Below, one piece after another: positions 42,931 through 52,598 of a stretch of 64,000 nucleotides of DNA (positions within the stretch are counted from its first letter, which is position 1; every line of letters starts with the position of its first letter). The DNA comes from Candidatus Cloacimonadales bacterium (GTDB taxonomy: Bacteria > Cloacimonadota > Cloacimonadia > Cloacimonadales > DAONDQ01). A program made the translations under genes and the position numbers. The DNA lies in contig OY759316.1 of assembly GCA_963662275.1 (NCBI GenBank), positions 64,001 through 128,000 on the forward strand. The letters are read 5' to 3'. The notes below the pieces were generated by a model. That model was given only the letters and a program-made list of their open reading frames with translations. It was not told where the DNA came from and ran no database searches.

Positions 42931-45687
42931 TCAATTCATGAACATTGTCTTAGTTATGATTGATTTATCTTTCGTCTTCATTTGAATTAAATAAATACCT
43001 GAACCAACTGTCTTCCCTGTGACATCCTTACCATCCCAAGATGTATCTAATTTGCCTTTGGTAACGAGACCTGAATGCAAGTTACGCACTTTCTGCCCTC
43101 TAATATTGTAGACATCTATTTGCACATTCCCTGTTTTGGAAGTGTTGACAGTTATGTTGAGAGTTCGATAGAAGGGATTTGGATATGTTTTAACTGAAAT
43201 TACAGGAGCAACCCCAGGATTGTCCTGATTCATTGTAGATGTATCTAAATCAAAATAATCAAACATGATCGTATGCAGCATATCGTTAATACTCGGATTC
43301 TCTCCAGTGAGACCATTCAATTCAAAGGCAGATGCTATCGTTTTATAAGTATCTGTTTGGTGATAAATGCCGATGATATCAGAGTTCTCTGCAATAGCTG
43401 TTTTGAAAATTGGAAGATCATCTTCCTGGGACATAAATGGCTTATTCATCAAATTGTAGCCTGTGTAATTCCAAACATGACCGGAGGCAAGATCAAATCC
43501 ATAAATACTCTGAATATTTGCTAAATGTGAGAAGGGAGCAATTGCCATAAATTTATCGATAAACGCATTCTCCATATCTCCTGAGAACTGATCACCTTCC
43601 AGGTACACTTTACCACCGGCATCGAGATAATCTGACAATAATTGGCTTTCTTCCGGGTGATTGGAGAAGTAATATGTGTTTTCTGCAAAACCCGAAAGAA
43701 TAAAGATCGCTTTAAAGTTATTTAAGTATGAATAGTCAGGTATGAGTTTATCCGTATAGATGACATTCATTTCACTCACAGATCGAATCGCTTGGATAAG
43801 ATTTGAAGAGTGGGCATTCAAAGCCGGTTCCCAAACCAATACTTCTCCATCATTTGTAATAAAATCACTTTGATAGCCAATTGCAGGATCACCGAATAAA
43901 AGGTATGTATAGATATTCTGCAACTCAGGCCAGATAATGCCGTCAGAATCAACAGGATCACCAAATAGAAAATAATTGCTATACAGAAAATTCATATTAC
44001 CCAGCGATTGCCCAATAGTCTGGTGAAAATTGACATAATTCTCAAGAAAATAGTAATTATAGGAGTTTAGACCACCCCAACCGGGATTCTTCCAACCAAT
44101 CTTTCCCCAGCCTGTTCGAGTGGCTGCAATAGCAGCAACGGCTTTCTTTTGGAGTATTGTTTCACCTAATGAGATACCTTCCATATCGAGCATACCATTA
44201 TTACAAGAGGCGCAAAAATAGACGGAACCATCCTGGTTTGCCAGATTATCGAAAGTAGTTAAATTAACCAATCCATGCCATTCTGTTTCGCTATTTTGCG
44301 GAATACTATCAAGATTCGTATCCTCAACCCATAGTTTACGAGAAGATGACACACTACTTCCATGTGCTGCCCAGTCGACAATACCATAACTGTTTGTATT
44401 TAATAGATTTGTTAACTCGTCCTGATTTAATGGGTAATCCGAAGGCATTGAAGTAACTAATCCTTCCTGCTCATACATTGTCGTAACATCATTACTGTTA
44501 AAAATATGAGTCTTCGCAAATTCACCCCAAATATCGTTATTTGTCATTAGCCATGGGTTGCCGTTCTCTTGAGCATAATTCAGGATCGCTCCGGGAATAA
44601 GTACATGGTTTTTCCAATCTGCGGTTGTGTTTTCGAAGGCTATGATACGTGCTTCGACCTGGTTCACTCTTGTTGAATCATTAAAGGGAATTCTACCCAC
44701 ATACAGCTCAGGAGTGAAGTCAATACCGTAATCCTCATCTCCATTTCCCATCGAATATTCCCCTAAGATTCCATCATTATCGGTATCAAAATCAGAACTG
44801 AGATCGGAATAATAAAAATCAGAAGGAACCAAAACCGTGCTATTAGGTTCAGGTCCCAAATATTGAATTGGTATTGTATCCACGTCTCCCACAAGTAGAA
44901 GGTATGTGAAAGGAGAGGTTATATAAAGACTAACAAGGTAATTTCGTACTTTTTCTGCGTCATTAAAACCTTGTTGAGTTGCCCGGATGGAATCAACCGA
45001 TACCATCTGAACCTGCATTCCCTGTTGCTGGTGAAATTGTATTAAAGGCAGCAATGCAGGGAATAGGGTTTGCTTAGTAATTATTAAATAATCAAAATTG
45101 CGTAGTCCTGTATCGTGATAATTCAGACGCAAGGCTTCAGGATTAAGAAACTGACCTTCATTCCCATTAATGGATGGAGGAATCCTATTACTGGCAGTTT
45201 TCCCATTGAACGTATAATTTACATCAATTGAGAGATCAGTTATATTTTCCAAGGTACAAGCATTCTCATTGAAGGTATAAGGTAACACATCAAACCTGGC
45301 AAATGCTACATCTCCCCAATGACCAACCCCGACATATTTTATATGTTCTTTCTCGTGATTGTCATAATTCGATGATAGGTATTTTTTATCACCATAGAAA
45401 GGAGGGTTCTTTTCAGGAAATTTCGGTGAATTCATAGTCTCTTTTGAATAATTTGCCTTCCAACTGATATTAACTGCATTAGGAGGTAGAATTATATTCA
45501 CTCTCTTATGAGGTAACCGATAGCTGCCTGGAGCAGTTAAGGTACCGTATCCTTCCATGTTTATGGACACACTGTTAACGTTATTCTCTATTTGGATATC
45601 ATTTATCTTCATCAGGACAGTCGTTGTTTCTGACCAGGCTATAGAAGTAAAGACAGTTATAATGAGATACACTACAAACTTCTTCAA
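42931..45687 (-). CDS. C25 family (gingipain-like) cysteine peptidase with propeptide and FlgD/T9SS-type CTD
   Basis: 'YLLLVGDV..IP', 'SDFYYSDL', 'VGRIP', catalytic 'AAHGS' and 'ASCNNG', 'LLFGDPA', 'YPNPF'. Confidence 0.88.
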   Translation of the reverse strand: MKKFVVYLIITVFTSIAWSETTTVLMKINDIQIENNVNSVSINMEGYGTLTAPGSYRLPHKRVNIILPPNAVNISWKANYSKETMNSPKFPEKNPPFYGDKKYLSSNYDNHEKEHIKYVGVGHWGDVAFARFDVLPYTFNENACTLENITDLSIDVNYTFNGKTASNRIPPSINGNEGQFLNPEALRLNYHDTGLRNFDYLIITKQTLFPALLPLIQFHQQQGMQVQMVSVDSIRATQQGFNDAEKVRNYLVSLYITSPFTYLLLVGDVDTIPIQYLGPEPNSTVLVPSDFYYSDLSSDFDTDNDGILGEYSMGNGDEDYGIDFTPELYVGRIPFNDSTRVNQVEARIIAFENTTADWKNHVLIPGAILNYAQENGNPWLMTNNDIWGEFAKTHIFNSNDVTTMYEQEGLVTSMPSDYPLNQDELTNLLNTNSYGIVDWAAHGSSVSSSRKLWVEDTNLDSIPQNSETEWHGLVNLTTFDNLANQDGSVYFCASCNNGMLDMEGISLGETILQKKAVAAIAATRTGWGKIGWKNPGWGGLNSYNYYFLENYVNFHQTIGQSLGNMNFLYSNYFLFGDPVDSDGIIWPELQNIYTYLLFGDPAIGYQSDFITNDGEVLVWEPALNAHSSNLIQAIRSVSEMNVIYTDKLIPDYSYLNNFKAIFILSGFAENTYYFSNHPEESQLLSDYLDAGGKVYLEGDQFSGDMENAFIDKFMAIAPFSHLANIQSIYGFDLASGHVWNYTGYNLMNKPFMSQEDDLPIFKTAIAENSDIIGIYHQTDTYKTIASAFELNGLTGENPSINDMLHTIMFDYFDLDTSTMNQDNPGVAPVISVKTYPNPFYRTLNITVNTSKTGNVQIDVYNIRGQKVRNLHSGLVTKGKLDTSWDGKDVTGKTVGSGIYLIQMKTKDKSIITKTMFMN

Positions 45688-45866
45688 TTTTTGCGCTCCT
45701 TTCTGGTCATATATGTGTATGACCTTATCTAATAATACGATGCAAGAAAATGACCATCTTTGAAAATAATATGAAAATCATGCTTGACATCATCATAAGT
45801 ATTATCAAATTAACGAAGAAGTAATTGCTCTTTCATGAATTGTATACCTAAAAGGAAAACCCGGTA

Positions 45867-46709
45867 GTGAAGAAAGTTAAGATAAAAAACAATATTGTCC
45901 AATCAATCAGGCAATCGATACATAGAAATAGAATCAAGAATTTCCATCCCAAAATCTCTCTGTATATTGAAAAACAGAACTATATCATTAAAACTGCGGA
46001 AAATACTGATGAACTGCAAAAAGCTCTTAGATTGCGGCATGATGTGTTTATTGAGGAGATTTTGCATAAAAAGAAATTACTGAAAACAGATATAGACAGA
46101 TTTGATAAAAAATGTGACCATCTTATTATCATTGATAAACAAACCAACCAGATTATCGGAACATATCGTCTGAATTCTTCCCTATATACGAAGAAATTTT
46201 ACTCAGCAACAGAATTTCATATGAAGCATATCCAAAAACTGCCTGGCAATAAATTAGAACTTGGTCGAGCATGTGTTCATAAGGATTATCGAAATGGCAT
46301 TACCATTTCTTTACTGTGGGAAGGTATCATGGCATATCTATTAAAAAGCGATACAAAATATATGTTTGGATGCTCCAGTGTCAAGACTATGGATAGAGAC
46401 AAAATACTGGGTATGATCCATTATTTTAAAGAAAAAGGGCATATGTCTGATTATACGAAAATCAGTCCTCGCGGTAAGTTTAAAATTCACGGAATCAAGA
46501 AATCCATCAAACTCAATAATTATGATAATCCTGAACAAGATATTAAGGCTAAAGAAATGGTTCCCTCTTTATTAAATTCATATCTGAAAGCCGGAGCAAA
46601 GATATGCGGAATACCTGCTTTGGATAGAAGTTTCCGTTGTGTTGATTTCCTGACACTTCTTGACGTGGAACAACTCAAACGATCTTATGATCGAAAATCG
46701 GAACGATGA
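45867..46709 (+). CDS. GNAT N-acyltransferase, OlsB-like (Acetyltransf_5)
   Basis: 'LRLRHDVF', 'DRFDKKCDHL', 'IGTYRL', 'FYSATEF', 'ELGRACVH.DYR', 'MFGCSS'. Confidence 0.8.
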   Translation: MKKVKIKNNIVQSIRQSIHRNRIKNFHPKISLYIEKQNYIIKTAENTDELQKALRLRHDVFIEEILHKKKLLKTDIDRFDKKCDHLIIIDKQTNQIIGTYRLNSSLYTKKFYSATEFHMKHIQKLPGNKLELGRACVHKDYRNGITISLLWEGIMAYLLKSDTKYMFGCSSVKTMDRDKILGMIHYFKEKGHMSDYTKISPRGKFKIHGIKKSIKLNNYDNPEQDIKAKEMVPSLLNSYLKAGAKICGIPALDRSFRCVDFLTLLDVEQLKRSYDRKSER

Positions 46710-47491
46710 CCTATTTTCTTAAACTGATAGCTGCTATATTCGAAATTATTAAATTCACATGTCGTGCCCTGACTATCAATTTATCTACTCATAATGCCCA
46801 TAAAAAACATATTCTCTTGATGCAAAATACTTCCCGAACAGGAAAAGCATTAGTTCGGATCATTGGGTTTAAACTGCACATAATCAACCCTGGAATCATA
46901 TCCAATTTCTCAAAACATAATCATTTATTCGTTGCTAACCATGTTTCCTATATGGATATTCCAATCTTAGCATCTATTTATCCGATGATCTTCATTACTT
47001 CCACGGATATGGGTAAAACTCCATTTTTGGGTCAGATCACACAGTTGGGTGGTAGTTTATATACCAATCGAACTCGTATCGCTACATTAAAGAATGAAGT
47101 GAGTAAAATTACGGCAGCATTACAGGATGGATTGGATCTTTCTCTTTTTCCCGAAGGAACAAGCTTTAACGGAGAGACTATCTATCCATTTAAGAAATCT
47201 TTGTTTGAAGTAGCAATACGCTCTAAAACACCAATTCAACCTATATGCATTAAATATCTATCAATAGATGGAAAAACATTTGGATTAGCAAATCGAGACC
47301 AAGTATGCTGGTATGGTGATATGGCATTTGTTCCTCATTTCCCGAATATGCTGAAACTCAAGGAAATCAAAGTTGAGATTACATTATTGGATGAAATACC
47401 TATTGAAGAAGGTATGGATAGACAAATTCTGAGTGAAATGACTTATCAGAAAATCATGGATGTGTTTAAGACTTATCCGTCACTCGTCTGA
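46706..47491 (+). CDS. PlsC-family acyltransferase, OlsA-like
   Basis: 'ANHVSYMDI' (HxxxxD), 'FPEGT', 'WYGDM'; ATGA-coupled to the GNAT gene. Confidence 0.85.
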   Translation: MTYFLKLIAAIFEIIKFTCRALTINLSTHNAHKKHILLMQNTSRTGKALVRIIGFKLHIINPGIISNFSKHNHLFVANHVSYMDIPILASIYPMIFITSTDMGKTPFLGQITQLGGSLYTNRTRIATLKNEVSKITAALQDGLDLSLFPEGTSFNGETIYPFKKSLFEVAIRSKTPIQPICIKYLSIDGKTFGLANRDQVCWYGDMAFVPHFPNMLKLKEIKVEITLLDEIPIEEGMDRQILSEMTYQKIMDVFKTYPSLV

Positions 47492-47542
47492 AGTTTGAAC
47501 TTCCCCCTGTAATCTGAACCTAGTGCCCAACACCTTCTGCCA

Positions 47543-49603
47543 TTACCACAGTCCCTTTTTATAATTAAACGTCGAACTGTTCTTCCACTTCAATCCTTGC
47601 TGATAGGAATCTACAATCTCACTTAATTCGTCTTTATTTGGTTCCATAAATGAAAGATCGATCAGGAAACGCGAATATCCATATTCTTCTATCTTATTAC
47701 GATATTGGAAAACCGAAACTGCTTCCTGGGGGATCACAAATGTCCAGCCTTTTCGCGTAAGAACCTGGTATTGTCTATCCGCATCTGAGAATTTCTGTTT
47801 CAAATGCACAGGTTGACGGGAATAGAATAACTGAGGATGGAAGAATAATGGTACAATACCGCCTTTGTTTCGATAATGCATCAAATTAGGTATGTCATTC
47901 TCAAGCGGATAGATAAACCCTTTCACATCTTGGTCAGCGTAGAAATTGATGGCAGCATCATTCATGCAATATACCCATTCATTCGCCATGATATCCAGCT
48001 TACTAAGTTCAGAAAATAGCAGCATTTGGGAAATATGACTAATCAGGAATTTACGATAACCGTCGTTAACAAGTGCTTGTAATTGGCTTTTTATACTATG
48101 AAGAGCTTTCTCTTGGATAAAACGTGGCAATTCAATCCTAGTTTGATTTTTCGAGTAACAGCTTGGAATGTTGGCATCTTCCAATATGGAAAGGGGTACG
48201 AATATTTCTTCGCAATTAATTGTCTGCAAATAATCAAACCAGTCTTTATCATCGATTCGGAAATACAAACCTTGCTTTGTAATGAAATTACGTATTTTGC
48301 ACATCTGTTCCATTACTTGCCGAAACTGCGGTGAGAGAGGTTTCAGATGAATTGGTTTACGATACGGTATCTTCAGTTTTGGTTTAAAAGAGCTTTTATC
48401 GGTCAGGAAGACAGTATTTCCAACTGAGTATTTACCTTCCGGAATAGGCAATGAGACAATTTCTTCCGATTTCGCTATTTCTACTTTTTTCCCATCCACT
48501 TCCATCATTGATGCTGGAAATGAAGGTCTATCTTCTCCAGATGAAGGAAGAATACGCAATGTATCTCCTGGATGAATAGATTGAGACAGTTTGAATGAAA
48601 TTTTATCTTTTGATAGCTCTGCTACATAACCAATGGGCAGTCCTGTGAAGGGAAATTCAGCTATGTTATTTGCGAGAGGGCTTTGCATAAAATAGGCAGT
48701 TCTTTCCCTATTCAATCCTTCATTCAAGATGATCTTAGCCTCCGCTAGCTGTTCTGGGTGATCAATCACCATACGATAGGCTTTTGCTGCAGAATAGACA
48801 TAGTCAGCACGCTTCATCCTGCCTTCTATCTTCAAAGCATGTATTCCAATCTTCATTAGTTGCGGGATCATTTCGATCAATTGCAAGTCTTTCAGGTTGA
48901 ACCAGTATTTTTCACTACTTTCGGATGAATATAATCGTCGACATGGCTGTTTACATAAACCACGATTGGCACTCATACCACCTGCATAACTGGAGAACAG
49001 GCAGCCTCCTGAAAAGGAATAACACAATGCTCCGTGAACAAAAAGTTCCAGATCAATCTGGCTGAGATGCCTGATCTCCTGCAATTCAGGAAATGTCAGC
49101 TCACGAGCCATGATGATTCGTTCTAATCCAGCCCTTTTAGAAAACTGCGCCCCAACAGAATTATGTAATCCCATTTGGGTACTGCCATGTAATGGTATCC
49201 TGGACAGCTTATGAATCAGGTTAAATACTCCCCAATCCTGGACAATAATGGCATCTGGAGGATACGAATTCAGATATTGCACAATCTCCAGTAATTGTCT
49301 AATTTCCGCATTTTTAATCAGTGTATTTAAAGTAAGATAGACTTTCACTTGATTTTGATGCGCAATTTCCACTAATGGTTGCAAATCTTCCACATGAAAG
49401 TTCTTTGCCCGATTCCTGGCATTGAATTTCTCCAAGCCCAAGTATACAGCATCAGCTCCACCTTCTATCGCAGCAGCGAATGCTTCCCGACTGCCAGCTG
49501 GAAGCAGGAGTTCGGGCTTTGAGTTGCCGAATTCCGATTCGGCAATCTTCTTCTGGTTGCTGAATCCTTCTCTGGAGAACTTGTTCTGTCTGTATTTATG
49601 CAT
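47543..49603 (-). CDS. U32 family protein (RlhA-like Fe-S hydroxylation protein)
   Basis: 'ELLLPAGS', 'GADAVYLG', 'HGALCYSFSGGC...NRGLCKQPCRR', 'LKIEGRMK'. Confidence 0.85.
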   Translation of the reverse strand: MHKYRQNKFSREGFSNQKKIAESEFGNSKPELLLPAGSREAFAAAIEGGADAVYLGLEKFNARNRAKNFHVEDLQPLVEIAHQNQVKVYLTLNTLIKNAEIRQLLEIVQYLNSYPPDAIIVQDWGVFNLIHKLSRIPLHGSTQMGLHNSVGAQFSKRAGLERIIMARELTFPELQEIRHLSQIDLELFVHGALCYSFSGGCLFSSYAGGMSANRGLCKQPCRRLYSSESSEKYWFNLKDLQLIEMIPQLMKIGIHALKIEGRMKRADYVYSAAKAYRMVIDHPEQLAEAKIILNEGLNRERTAYFMQSPLANNIAEFPFTGLPIGYVAELSKDKISFKLSQSIHPGDTLRILPSSGEDRPSFPASMMEVDGKKVEIAKSEEIVSLPIPEGKYSVGNTVFLTDKSSFKPKLKIPYRKPIHLKPLSPQFRQVMEQMCKIRNFITKQGLYFRIDDKDWFDYLQTINCEEIFVPLSILEDANIPSCYSKNQTRIELPRFIQEKALHSIKSQLQALVNDGYRKFLISHISQMLLFSELSKLDIMANEWVYCMNDAAINFYADQDVKGFIYPLENDIPNLMHYRNKGGIVPLFFHPQLFYSRQPVHLKQKFSDADRQYQVLTRKGWTFVIPQEAVSVFQYRNKIEEYGYSRFLIDLSFMEPNKDELSEIVDSYQQGLKWKNSSTFNYKKGLW

Positions 49604-49852
49604 TTATCTTCCTCATATTAACTCTACAACGTATTATATATAATATGAGCAAGGAATTTTTTATTACCTTTAATGATAAAGGAAGGGAGATCAGTCAAAT
49701 TTCCTCTAGTTATGATGAGATGTTATAGTCATTGATTTCATCGTAGGGCGTGCCGAAGTAAACCCTTCCTGGGAAAATGTAGGGGTTTGCGGCAGTAAAC
49801 CCATCTGTGTACATGAGTCCATGAGGATGGCACGATATAATACATTCTCTAT

Positions 49853-49998
49853 TTATAAGTCTCATGGAAGATAAAAAATACATAAAAGAAATAAAAACTA
49901 AAGAAAATCTAAGGATAATCTAAAAAAGTCTAGATGATCCCTAGATGATCCCTAGATAATGCCTAGATGAAACCCAGCTCAAAAAGAAAGTGCGAAGT
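49853..49998 (+). repeat. Dispersed ~140-bp element, copy 2 (one extra 11-bp unit)
   Basis: Matches 25647-25781. Confidence 0.85.
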
Positions 49999-50239
49999 GT
50001 GAAGTAGGAATTGCTAAATTCATAGCAGTGAAAAGCTGATTTTCCTATCATAAATCCCTTTTTTTACATATTCCATCTACCATATCTGCGCTGAATTTGT
50101 CAGTTATTTCCTGAGACCTGAAACCTGGAAGCCTTTTTTTTGTTGCCAAATTCGCAACAATAGCAAAAAAGGATAATTCGAGATTAATTAATCTGGGAAA
50201 ATATTGGAAAGAAATAGAAAAACAGGGAAAGCAGGTTGC

Positions 50240-51247
50240 ATGAATAGATTTGATCTCAGTTCCAAACGAAAAAAATCACTAGTTGAAATACCAGATGGAA
50301 TTGGTGTCTTTTTTTTCTCAGATGGAACACACATATTATATACAGGGAAAACTGCAAATCTAAAACGCACACTTGCTCAAATTCTCTATGCTCCTGATCC
50401 CGAGCCAAAACTGAAGGCAATGCTGGATACAGCAAAAGTATTGGAATGGGAAACTAAAGAGACGCTAATCGAGTGTCTTTTATGGCAGAAGCGGGTCTTC
50501 AACAGTACGGTACCTTTACTTCAAGCAAAGATAAGGTCATCTGATGATTACTGTTATCTCGCGATTAATTTTGAACAACCACCCTTCGTATGTGCCAGTG
50601 AATATACCGGTAATGCGGATTGTTATATTGGTCCATTTCGCGATCGTTTCTATTTGTATGATCTGATGGAGATTGTCTCTGAAATACTGCGCTTGCCGAT
50701 ATGCCCCCTGGACGAATATCCATGTGAACGTATGCATAATGATCTTTGTCCCGGATATTGCCTGGAGGAAGATAATACAAAACTGACTCACTTGATTCGC
50801 CAGACTTATCTCATTCCGACACCAATACTAGTGCATTCATTAAAGACAAAATATGATAAACTTTTTGATGATTTGGAGTTTGAGGAAGCGGATCGGATGC
50901 AATGGAAGATGGTTCAGCTTCGCAAGTATTATGATTATCTGAAGTTCTTTTATATTTCCAAGAATATGAACCTTGTGCTTTCAGATGCAAGCGGTACATA
51001 TCATATCATAAATGGGCTATTAGATTCTTTTAAAAGTACTGAAGGCATGGAAGAGAAATTTACCGTAGTCAATAATACCCAATATCGAGATACAGAATAT
51101 CTTGCCATAAATAAAGAGCAGCTTGATGAAATGTGGATTTTGTACCAACATGCGAAGCAGATACAGCCTGATTTGATCGAAGATATTTATGCGAATTCAC
51201 TGAAAGCAGGATTGGAATTAATTACTCATAAACAAATAGAGGATTAA
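50240..51247 (+). CDS. UvrC/Cho-like protein (degenerate GIY-YIG, Cys cluster, UVR coiled coil)
   Basis: 'IPDGIGVFFF...ILYTGKTANLK', 'YIGPF', 'CPLDEYPCERMHNDLCPGYC', 'LEFEEA'; no RNase H-like or HhH half. Confidence 0.7.
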   Translation: MNRFDLSSKRKKSLVEIPDGIGVFFFSDGTHILYTGKTANLKRTLAQILYAPDPEPKLKAMLDTAKVLEWETKETLIECLLWQKRVFNSTVPLLQAKIRSSDDYCYLAINFEQPPFVCASEYTGNADCYIGPFRDRFYLYDLMEIVSEILRLPICPLDEYPCERMHNDLCPGYCLEEDNTKLTHLIRQTYLIPTPILVHSLKTKYDKLFDDLEFEEADRMQWKMVQLRKYYDYLKFFYISKNMNLVLSDASGTYHIINGLLDSFKSTEGMEEKFTVVNNTQYRDTEYLAINKEQLDEMWILYQHAKQIQPDLIEDIYANSLKAGLELITHKQIED

Positions 51248-51256
51248 GGAGTACTC

Positions 51257-52144
51257 ATGAGCCAAAACATAGCAGAACTACCCATTGTGAAAAGAACATA
51301 TAATGGTAAAGTACGCGATATTTATGACTTGGGAGATACTTTGCTGATCGTCACTTCAGACCGGGTATCAGCTTTTGATGTTGTTTTTCCGAATCTAATC
51401 ACAGGCAAAGGCAAGATTCTAAATCAAATATCCGTTTATTTCTTTGAAAAGACAAAACATATTATCCAAAATCATTTCATTACAGATAAAGTGGAAGAAT
51501 ATCCTTCTGAACTTCATCCCTTCAAAGCAGAAATTGAAGGAAGGAGTATGCTCGTAAAAAAGACACGCGTCTTACCCTTTGAATGCATCGTCCGTGGTTA
51601 TATATCTGGTTCAGCCTGGCAGGAATATAAGCGTTTCGGCACAGTACATAATATGATTATGCCTGATGGTTTGAAAGAAAGTCAACGTTTCCCAAAAGCA
51701 CTTTTCACACCTTCAACAAAAGCAGTTGATGGTCATGATGAGAATATCTCTTATCATGAAATGGCTTCACGAATAGATGAACTAATTGCTGAACGTCTCA
51801 AAAATGTATCACTAGCTCTATTTAAATATGCTCATGATTTCCTGAAAGGAAAGCATATCTTATTAGCTGATACTAAATTTGAATTCGGAACTATAGGATC
51901 AGAGATTTATTTGATTGATGAAGTATTCACACCTGATTCTTCACGTTTATGGGATGCACATGAATATGTAGCAGGAATTGCGCAAACCAGTCTTGATAAA
52001 CAATTTATTCGCGATTATGTACAACAGATTGGATGGGATAAAGAACCTCCAGCACCTGAATTACCTTTAGAAGTAATCAAGGCTACTCTTTCCAAATATA
52101 AAGAAGCATATCATCGGATAACCGGAGAGAATAAATTCTTATGA
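51257..52144 (+). CDS. purC: SAICAR synthase
   Basis: 'GKVRDIY', 'SDRVSAFD', 'ECIVRGYISGS', 'FTPSTKA', 'ADTKFEFG', 'TPDSSR', 'DKQFIRD'. Confidence 0.96.
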   Translation: MSQNIAELPIVKRTYNGKVRDIYDLGDTLLIVTSDRVSAFDVVFPNLITGKGKILNQISVYFFEKTKHIIQNHFITDKVEEYPSELHPFKAEIEGRSMLVKKTRVLPFECIVRGYISGSAWQEYKRFGTVHNMIMPDGLKESQRFPKALFTPSTKAVDGHDENISYHEMASRIDELIAERLKNVSLALFKYAHDFLKGKHILLADTKFEFGTIGSEIYLIDEVFTPDSSRLWDAHEYVAGIAQTSLDKQFIRDYVQQIGWDKEPPAPELPLEVIKATLSKYKEAYHRITGENKFL

Positions 52145-52536
52145 GATATAAAATTGTGATCGTTGATGACGAAATAGAATTGATAAAGAACCTGAAGTAT
52201 GAACTAGAAGATCTTGATAAAAATCTTGAAGTGACGTATTTTACTTCCGGATATGCAGCTCTTAATACTGTGATGCAGGGAAAAACTGATCTTGTCCTCT
52301 CTGATATTGCTATGCCGGACATGGATGGATTCGAACTCTATTCCCGTATCAAAGAGTATGATACAAATATTCCCATCATCTTGATGACGGGTTTTGGCTA
52401 TGATCCAAATCATGTTGTTGTACGTACAAAACGCGAAGGTCCTGTTGACATTATTCCTAAACCATTCATCACTGAAAATCTATTCGGGTTATTATTAAAA
52501 CGTCTGAAAGAACGTAAGGCTACCAAAGAAGATTAA
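52141..52536 (+). CDS. Single-domain response regulator
   Basis: 'IVIVDDE', 'SDIAMPDMDG', 'ILMTG', 'PKPF'. Confidence 0.9.
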   Translation: MRYKIVIVDDEIELIKNLKYELEDLDKNLEVTYFTSGYAALNTVMQGKTDLVLSDIAMPDMDGFELYSRIKEYDTNIPIILMTGFGYDPNHVVVRTKREGPVDIIPKPFITENLFGLLLKRLKERKATKED

Positions 52537-52598
52537 CATGGAAGATACACCCACTGATTTGATTCCTGTGTGAATGATCGGTGTCAAGTAGTTCTATC

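Noticed and set aside
49604..50239. Riboswitch or ncRNA upstream of the uvrC-like/purC genes
   Set aside because: No recognisable aptamer; region is explained by REP hairpins and the dispersed element (Rfam scan not run)
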